This document shows, piece after piece, positions 59,234 through 64,000 of a stretch of 64,000 nt of DNA. A program made the translations under genes and the position numbers. The stretch spans positions 44,118-108,117 of the forward strand of contig JALEGN010000013.1 of assembly GCA_022763365.1 (NCBI GenBank), in the 5' to 3' direction. The first letter of the stretch is position 1. Each line of letters starts with the position of its first letter. A model generated the notes under the pieces. It saw only the letters and a list, made by a program, of their open reading frames with translations. It did not search any database and was not told the origin of the DNA. The DNA comes from Minisyncoccota bacterium (GTDB lineage: Bacteria > Patescibacteriota > Minisyncoccia > Phycocordibacterales > UBA1006).

Positions 59234-60502
59234 ATGCGTATACTAAACACAGTTATGAAAATATATCCTGAACATTATGATGTTATTGTTGTTGGTGGCG
59301 GAGCCTCAGGTATGATGGCTGCTGGGACCGCAGCAAAGGCAGGTAAAAAAGTCCTCATCCTTGAAAAGAATTCAGATATGGGAGAAAAATTAAAGATCAC
59401 TGGTGGTGGACGTTGTAATATTACAAATTATGAACTCGATAACCGAAAACTCCTCGCGCACTACGGTGATGCGGCGCCTTTTCTCTATTCTCCATTTTCA
59501 CAATTCTCCGTAAAAGATACTTTTACTTTTTTTGAGAGGCGAAAACTCCCTTTAGTAACCCAAGCGCGTAATCGAGTCTTTCCAAAGACTGAAAAAGCTT
59601 ATGACGTATACAAAGTTATGAAGGATTTTGTTAAAAAAGAAGGAGTCACTATTAAATATCAATCACCAGTTAAAGATATCCAAATTAAAGCTGGGAAGAT
59701 TTCAGCGGTGGATACTCAACAATTTAGATACACCGCTGATAATGTCATTATTTCAACCGGTGGAGTATCCTATCCTGAAACTGGTTCTACCGGTGATGGA
59801 TTTAAATGGATGGAACGTATTGGGCATACCGTTCACACACCAAGTCCTGACATTGTACCGCTGCGGGCGAGTGATTTTTGGATTAAAAAAATATCAGGAA
59901 CAACCCTATCATTTATGAAAATTACTTTTTTCTGTAATGGTAAAAAATCTTTTTCAAAAACAGGGAAAATTCTTTTTACCCATTTTGGACTCTCTTCCCC
60001 ATTAATCCTTAACAGCTCAAAACAGGTTTCTGACCTTTTGCACCAAGGGTCGGTAACAGCCGAAATTGATTTATTTCCTGACACCGATAAGGGATCGCTT
60101 GAAAAACGCTTACTTAAAATCTTTGAAGTTAACAAAAATAAAAATATTTTAAATGCTTTATATGAATTGTTACCGAAAAAAATCGCTGAAACCATTCACG
60201 ACCTCGCCCGTCTTGAAAATCCTCGAGTAAAGGTAAATAGTCTTAAAACTGAGGAGCGGAAAGAACTCATCCATCTCATAAAACACTTGCCTCTAACCAT
60301 TGATGGACTCATGGGACTCGACCGAGCCGTGATTGCCGATGGTGGAATTCCATTATCTGAAATTGATACTAAAACTATGCAATCAAAGGTCATTTCAAAT
60401 CTCTATCTGATTGGTGACATGTTACATGTTAATAGGCCATCTGGTGGATATTCTTTGCAGTTGTGTTGGACGACTGGATATGTTGCAGGGATGTCAGTTT
60501 AA
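59234..60502 (+). CDS. HI0933/BaiN-family FAD-dependent flavoprotein
   Basis: YDVIVVGGGASGMMAAGTAA Rossmann; KITGGGRCNITN family motif; likely start at 59255. Confidence 0.8.
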   Translation: MRILNTVMKIYPEHYDVIVVGGGASGMMAAGTAAKAGKKVLILEKNSDMGEKLKITGGGRCNITNYELDNRKLLAHYGDAAPFLYSPFSQFSVKDTFTFFERRKLPLVTQARNRVFPKTEKAYDVYKVMKDFVKKEGVTIKYQSPVKDIQIKAGKISAVDTQQFRYTADNVIISTGGVSYPETGSTGDGFKWMERIGHTVHTPSPDIVPLRASDFWIKKISGTTLSFMKITFFCNGKKSFSKTGKILFTHFGLSSPLILNSSKQVSDLLHQGSVTAEIDLFPDTDKGSLEKRLLKIFEVNKNKNILNALYELLPKKIAETIHDLARLENPRVKVNSLKTEERKELIHLIKHLPLTIDGLMGLDRAVIADGGIPLSEIDTKTMQSKVISNLYLIGDMLHVNRPSGGYSLQLCWTTGYVAGMSV

Positions 60503-60536
60503 ATCTTAAAAACCAATCATTATGATTGGTTTTTAA

Positions 60537-61628
60537 TTACATAAATTTCTGACACTCTTTCCAAAATGAAAAGAAGTTTTTGTAGTAACCTTGAACTTCA
60601 GGAAATAACTCAGCTTGTTGTTCAGGGTTCCCTTTCCAGTGTTGTACATTTTGATGGTCTTGGTAATACACCTCACCTTTAAAATCTTTGATTAATTCAG
60701 ATTGCTCTCCAACAAAAATTTGAATCCCTTCAATATTTTCTTTTGCCAGATTAACGATAAAATTCATCACCTTTTCTGATACTGGAAATTTTTGGAAATG
60801 TGATGGCTCAATGACCAAGATTTTTTGAACATCTTCACCAGCATGATAATTAGGATCTAGATTCCATGAATGAAATAACACAAGGTCTTTTTCATTTAAA
60901 ACGAAATTATCACCTTCCGGAAAAAATACTGATAATTCAGGTTCAATCGTTTTTTCTAATACCTCCGGAATATCCATATCTAAGATGTCTTCTCGATTAA
61001 TATCCATAAAGGTACCTGTTTGTGATTGTGATAATGGTGAGCAGGCATTCATGAGTTCTTGATGAGCAACATATTGTTTTGAAGCAAAAGCTCCAGACAC
61101 CCATTGCCACGACAACGAATTAGATGCTAAATCTCCATCCAACAAATGATAGTACATCCACTGTGATGGTTGCCACCAGTGACAATGAGCAACATTTGTT
61201 GCTATTGATGAAACCCACATACGTGCGTGATTATGCATATAGCCTGTTTCATAAAGACCCTTAATTGATTCGTCAATAATAGTAATACCTGTTTGAGCAT
61301 TAATTATTGATTCTGGTATTTCATTTTCTACCTCTACTCCTTGCTGATCAAAACGTAGATCATCAAAAATTTCATCACCTTTTGATTGGTAGATTTTTTG
61401 GAAATATTCTCGCCATGTGAGTTCCTGAATAAGTTTTTCAGAATCTTTTTTTGAATATTTTTCTAAAACAATATCTCGAATCTGAGGTAATGTAATAACT
61501 CCACGAGTTATATATGGAGATAAATACGTCACTGCACCATCCAAATGATTCCGTGTTTGAGCATATTTTTTAGGATTAATATTTTCAATCCGCTGTATAA
61601 TTTTTTGATATTCCAAAGGGAAATTCAT
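60537..61628 (-). CDS. Photolyase/cryptochrome-family protein consisting essentially of the FAD-binding domain only (N-terminal alpha/beta domain absent)
   Basis: LSPYITRGVITLPQI, ELTWREYF, GYMHNHARMWVSS, LLDGDLASNSLSWQWVSG match FAD_binding_7; only 363 aa. Confidence 0.7.
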   Translation of the reverse strand: MNFPLEYQKIIQRIENINPKKYAQTRNHLDGAVTYLSPYITRGVITLPQIRDIVLEKYSKKDSEKLIQELTWREYFQKIYQSKGDEIFDDLRFDQQGVEVENEIPESIINAQTGITIIDESIKGLYETGYMHNHARMWVSSIATNVAHCHWWQPSQWMYYHLLDGDLASNSLSWQWVSGAFASKQYVAHQELMNACSPLSQSQTGTFMDINREDILDMDIPEVLEKTIEPELSVFFPEGDNFVLNEKDLVLFHSWNLDPNYHAGEDVQKILVIEPSHFQKFPVSEKVMNFIVNLAKENIEGIQIFVGEQSELIKDFKGEVYYQDHQNVQHWKGNPEQQAELFPEVQGYYKNFFSFWKECQKFM

Positions 61629-61650
61629 ATTCTTAGTATAGCAAAAGGAG

Positions 61651-61905
61651 CTACAAAGCTCCTTCTTCTTTTAACAACTGCTCTTTGGATTTAGCGCGTA
61701 ATCCATTATACGGACCAATTGAACCATCTGATCTAATAACCCGATGACATGGCACCGACAAATCGTTATTTTTCGCCATAATACTACCAACGGCTCGACT
61801 AGCATTTGGCGAGCCTACCTTCTCAGCTATCTGTTTATAGGTCATGACTTTTCCTTTTGGTATTTTTTTAACTACGGCTATTACTTTTTCTGTGAAGGTT
61901 TTCAT
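61651..61905 (-). CDS. ogt: Minimal methylated-DNA-protein-cysteine methyltransferase (C-terminal DNA-binding/active-site domain only, 84 aa)
   Basis: IPKGKVMTYKQIA (HTH), PCHRVI active-site motif. Confidence 0.75.
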   Translation of the reverse strand: MKTFTEKVIAVVKKIPKGKVMTYKQIAEKVGSPNASRAVGSIMAKNNDLSVPCHRVIRSDGSIGPYNGLRAKSKEQLLKEEGAL

Positions 61906-62441
61906 ATTTCTCTCCCTTTAATAAACTGATACTCAATATCAGTTACTCTATCTGAAAATTTTGTTTCGCGGATAATGTTTAAACCTTTTTCTTCATACGG
62001 TTTAAAACTTTCTGGAAGAATATTGAGCACTTTTTCAGCAACTTCATTTTGTGGAAAAATACCAGATGTAATACATCCTAATCGAATTAAATACCACGTT
62101 GCAATAAACAAAGAACAGGGATATTTACCTTTTTTAATATAAGAAATTAAGTCTTTTTTAAGTGCTTCGTTTTCAAGAAAAGAAAGTACATTATCACAAT
62201 CAGGAATTAACTGAGACTCTCTAATAAAAACATCTGGTTGTGAATTGTTTTCAATCAGCCAAGTATTTAACATTTTGTAATCAAAACTAGGATCTGGAAA
62301 AGAATAATCATCAACCATAACAACCAGGGAATTATCTTTATCACCAATAAAAGGTGTTAAATATTCAAGTGCTATCTTATGTTCTTTTTTAATCTCAGAA
62401 TTCGTATAGATATGAGCATATTCTATGGAGAGTTTTTTCAT
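61902..62441 (-). CDS. Hypothetical protein
   Basis: No motifs recognised; overlaps the ogt start by 4 nt. Confidence 0.4.
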   Translation of the reverse strand: MKKLSIEYAHIYTNSEIKKEHKIALEYLTPFIGDKDNSLVVMVDDYSFPDPSFDYKMLNTWLIENNSQPDVFIRESQLIPDCDNVLSFLENEALKKDLISYIKKGKYPCSLFIATWYLIRLGCITSGIFPQNEVAEKVLNILPESFKPYEEKGLNIIRETKFSDRVTDIEYQFIKGREI

Positions 62442-62466
62442 ATTTTAAGTATATCAAAAACCAACT

Positions 62467-63573
62467 CTATTGAGTTGGTTTTAAATGTATATGCGTAATC
62501 TCATTCGACGTCCCAAACCTCATCAAAGGACCAACGGTTCCTGTTCCCTGTGTTACATACAAGAACATATCTGAAACAGTATAGAGCCCATTAACAAATG
62601 GATACTCCAATGATACCAATAATCCCATTGGCCAAATCTGACCATTGTGAGTATGGCCTGAAAGCATCAGCTCAGCACCACGCGCTGCTGCACGTTTTAC
62701 TTCCTCGGTTATCGGTTGGTGATCAAGGATAATGGTATAACGCTCTTGATTAATACCTCCAAGATTATCAAGCGTTCCATCAATCGTTTCTAATTCATTA
62801 ATACCAATAATATCTAATTCATCATATTGAATTCTTGTTCTATCAATTAGCTGAATATCAGTTTCAGAAATAACATCTTCGAGAGTTCCTGCAGGAAGAT
62901 AATATTCATGATTTCCTGTAATCAAATATATTGGCATCGTTAATTGATTGAATATATTAATGTCTTCTCGTGTCACATAAAACTCATCAATAAAATCTCC
63001 GGTAATCACAACAAATTCTGGATCTACCTTGGCTATTTTATCAATCATTCGCTGCATATATGAGGTATTGGTAATACCGTGCTGAATATCACTGATTTGA
63101 ACAAATTGATATTCACGTGAAATGTGATCGGCTTCGAGATTAAGGTCTTTGACGATAATATGCTGACCGTTCACAATAGTTATAACAAAGAAAATTATAG
63201 TAGAGCCAAGTATTCCCCAAAATGTTTTTACATGAGAAATAGTAAAAACTTTTTGAATAAACAAACCAAGAATTGAAAATCCAAATAATGCTAAACCAAA
63301 AACGAGCCAATAAAAACTCAGTTGATTAAAAAATTTAAAAAACCCAATGGTATCTGGTTGCTCAAGGATTCGAGCAAGCCCAAAAGAGCTGATAAAAATA
63401 ACCGCTGGTGTAATAATCCATAGAGGATGCTTGTTGTTTTTTAGTCGGGCAAGGTTCCATATTGGCAGCCCAAAAATTACCGCCGAAGCAACCAAAGCCA
63501 CAATTACAAATAAAATATTCATGGTGATAGTATAACGATAAATTCTATTTAAAACAGTAAAAAAGGCATTCAT
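62467..63573 (-). CDS. Membrane-anchored calcineurin-like metallophosphoesterase
   Basis: 4-5 N-terminal TM helices; VQISDIQHG, VVITGDFID, LITGNHEYY, GHTHNGQ metal-ligand motifs. Confidence 0.75.
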   Translation of the reverse strand: MNAFFTVLNRIYRYTITMNILFVIVALVASAVIFGLPIWNLARLKNNKHPLWIITPAVIFISSFGLARILEQPDTIGFFKFFNQLSFYWLVFGLALFGFSILGLFIQKVFTISHVKTFWGILGSTIIFFVITIVNGQHIIVKDLNLEADHISREYQFVQISDIQHGITNTSYMQRMIDKIAKVDPEFVVITGDFIDEFYVTREDINIFNQLTMPIYLITGNHEYYLPAGTLEDVISETDIQLIDRTRIQYDELDIIGINELETIDGTLDNLGGINQERYTIILDHQPITEEVKRAAARGAELMLSGHTHNGQIWPMGLLVSLEYPFVNGLYTVSDMFLYVTQGTGTVGPLMRFGTSNEITHIHLKPTQ

Positions 63574-63588
63574 GTTATACGAATGCCT

Positions 63589-64000
63589 TTATTCTAATTG
63601 ATCCATAACTATTTCTAAAAAAGTATTTATCTTTTTATCAAAAGAAATTTGTTTTCCATCAACAATATTTGAAACGACATAACGGTCTAGAAAATGCCGT
63701 AACCAAGCAAAATACAATCGATCATCGATAGCACGTGCTTGCTCTGGTGACTCCTCCCTACTTTCATCATTCTTATAGAATTCTTCTGCTCCATGAGCAG
63801 CAGTTTTTAAATGAATGACAAAATTATAGCGAGCAAGGACCTCTTTGAGAGATAAACCGATGGTAGCAAAGAGTAGTAATTGATAACTGTGAAAGTCATT
63901 TTTTTCTCCTAAATAAGCAATGGGACTTAACAATCCTCTATCATGAAAAATAACAACCTTGCTACCTTCATCAATTAACCTAGCAGCTTCTTCTCGAGCT
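63589..64000 (-). CDS. 3' part of a gene continuing beyond the window end; AAA_28/NadR-like P-loop kinase-type protein (tentative)
   Basis: Frame stays open to position 64000 (...AREEAARLIDEGSKVVIFHDRGLLSPIAYLGEK...); ORF-track 'M' is a TTG; pattern resembles nucleoside/ribosylnicotinamide-kinase-like ATPases. Confidence 0.35.
   Translation of the reverse strand, partial: AREEAARLIDEGSKVVIFHDRGLLSPIAYLGEKNDFHSYQLLLFATIGLSLKEVLARYNFVIHLKTAAHGAEEFYKNDESREESPEQARAIDDRLYFAWLRHFLDRYVVSNIVDGKQISFDKKINTFLEIVMDQLE

Noticed and set aside
1-64000. Alternative genetic code (UGA recoding as in Gracilibacteria/Absconditabacteria)
   Set aside because: Long conserved genes (rpoB, rpoC, dnaG, helicase) are intact with standard stops, and TGA terminates several well-aligned genes. 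The standard code fits.
1-64000. CRISPR arrays, transposases, integrases, prophage or other mobile elements
   Set aside because: There are no direct-repeat/spacer arrays. There are no DDE/serine/tyrosine recombinase-like ORFs. All intergenic regions are short and explained by terminators or promoters.

Overview
This is an AT-rich (roughly mid-30s % GC by eye), very gene-dense bacterial chromosomal segment dominated by core housekeeping genes. The recognisable coding genes are: mreB-mreC, proS, rpsB-tsf, the dnaG-rpoD pair, rpoB-rpoC, trmD, lepB, hisS, def-fmt, truB, a cyclophilin, an HPF-like protein, fba with a PfkB-family kinase, a split transketolase, rpe, bcp, rpiB, rsgA, gap, msrB, sodA, nrdA-nrdB, a UvrD-type helicase-nuclease, a MutY-like glycosylase, a photolyase-like protein and a minimal Ogt. 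Two RNA genes are not in the ORF track: a tRNA-Thr(UGU) at 5005-5077 and a compact bacterial RNase P RNA (rnpB) at about 22247-22573. Both show diagnostic conserved sequence. I see no transposases, integrases, CRISPR arrays or phage genes, so this looks like core chromosome rather than a mobile or accessory island. The proteins are short and streamlined (ProRS 417 aa, EF-Ts 150 aa, RpoB about 1073 aa), transketolase is split, a type IV pilin is present, and convergent genes are separated by hairpin terminators flanked by A- and T-runs. Together these suggest a reduced-genome lineage, CPR/Patescibacteria-like. However, the near-universal lack of Shine-Dalgarno motifs, 'FSQ'-type signal peptides and an ATP-cone on NrdB are more Bacteroidota-like, so I leave the taxon unresolved. 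The standard genetic code appears to be in use, because long ORFs are intact. The observations I consider most worth a second look are: (1) a class I RNR whose ATP-cone sits on the radical-generating NrdB subunit while NrdA has none; (2) a PgaC/NodC-like processive GT2 synthase coupled to a membrane-anchored CxxC thioredoxin-like partner; (3) a three-member paralogous family of 4-TM membrane proteins, two of them tandem and translationally coupled to rpiB; (4) two adjacent distant-paralog small genes that each carry a near-identical copy of a promoter-plus-leader module upstream of rpoB; (5) a roughly 250-nt structured leader or small RNA ending in an intrinsic terminator just upstream of trhO; and (6) several degenerate or fused enzymes (a DnaG zinc ribbon with 3 of 4 ligands lost, a cysteine-free MutY core, a CoaE-CoaD fusion, a NADAR-DCC fusion, and a photolyase with only the FAD domain).
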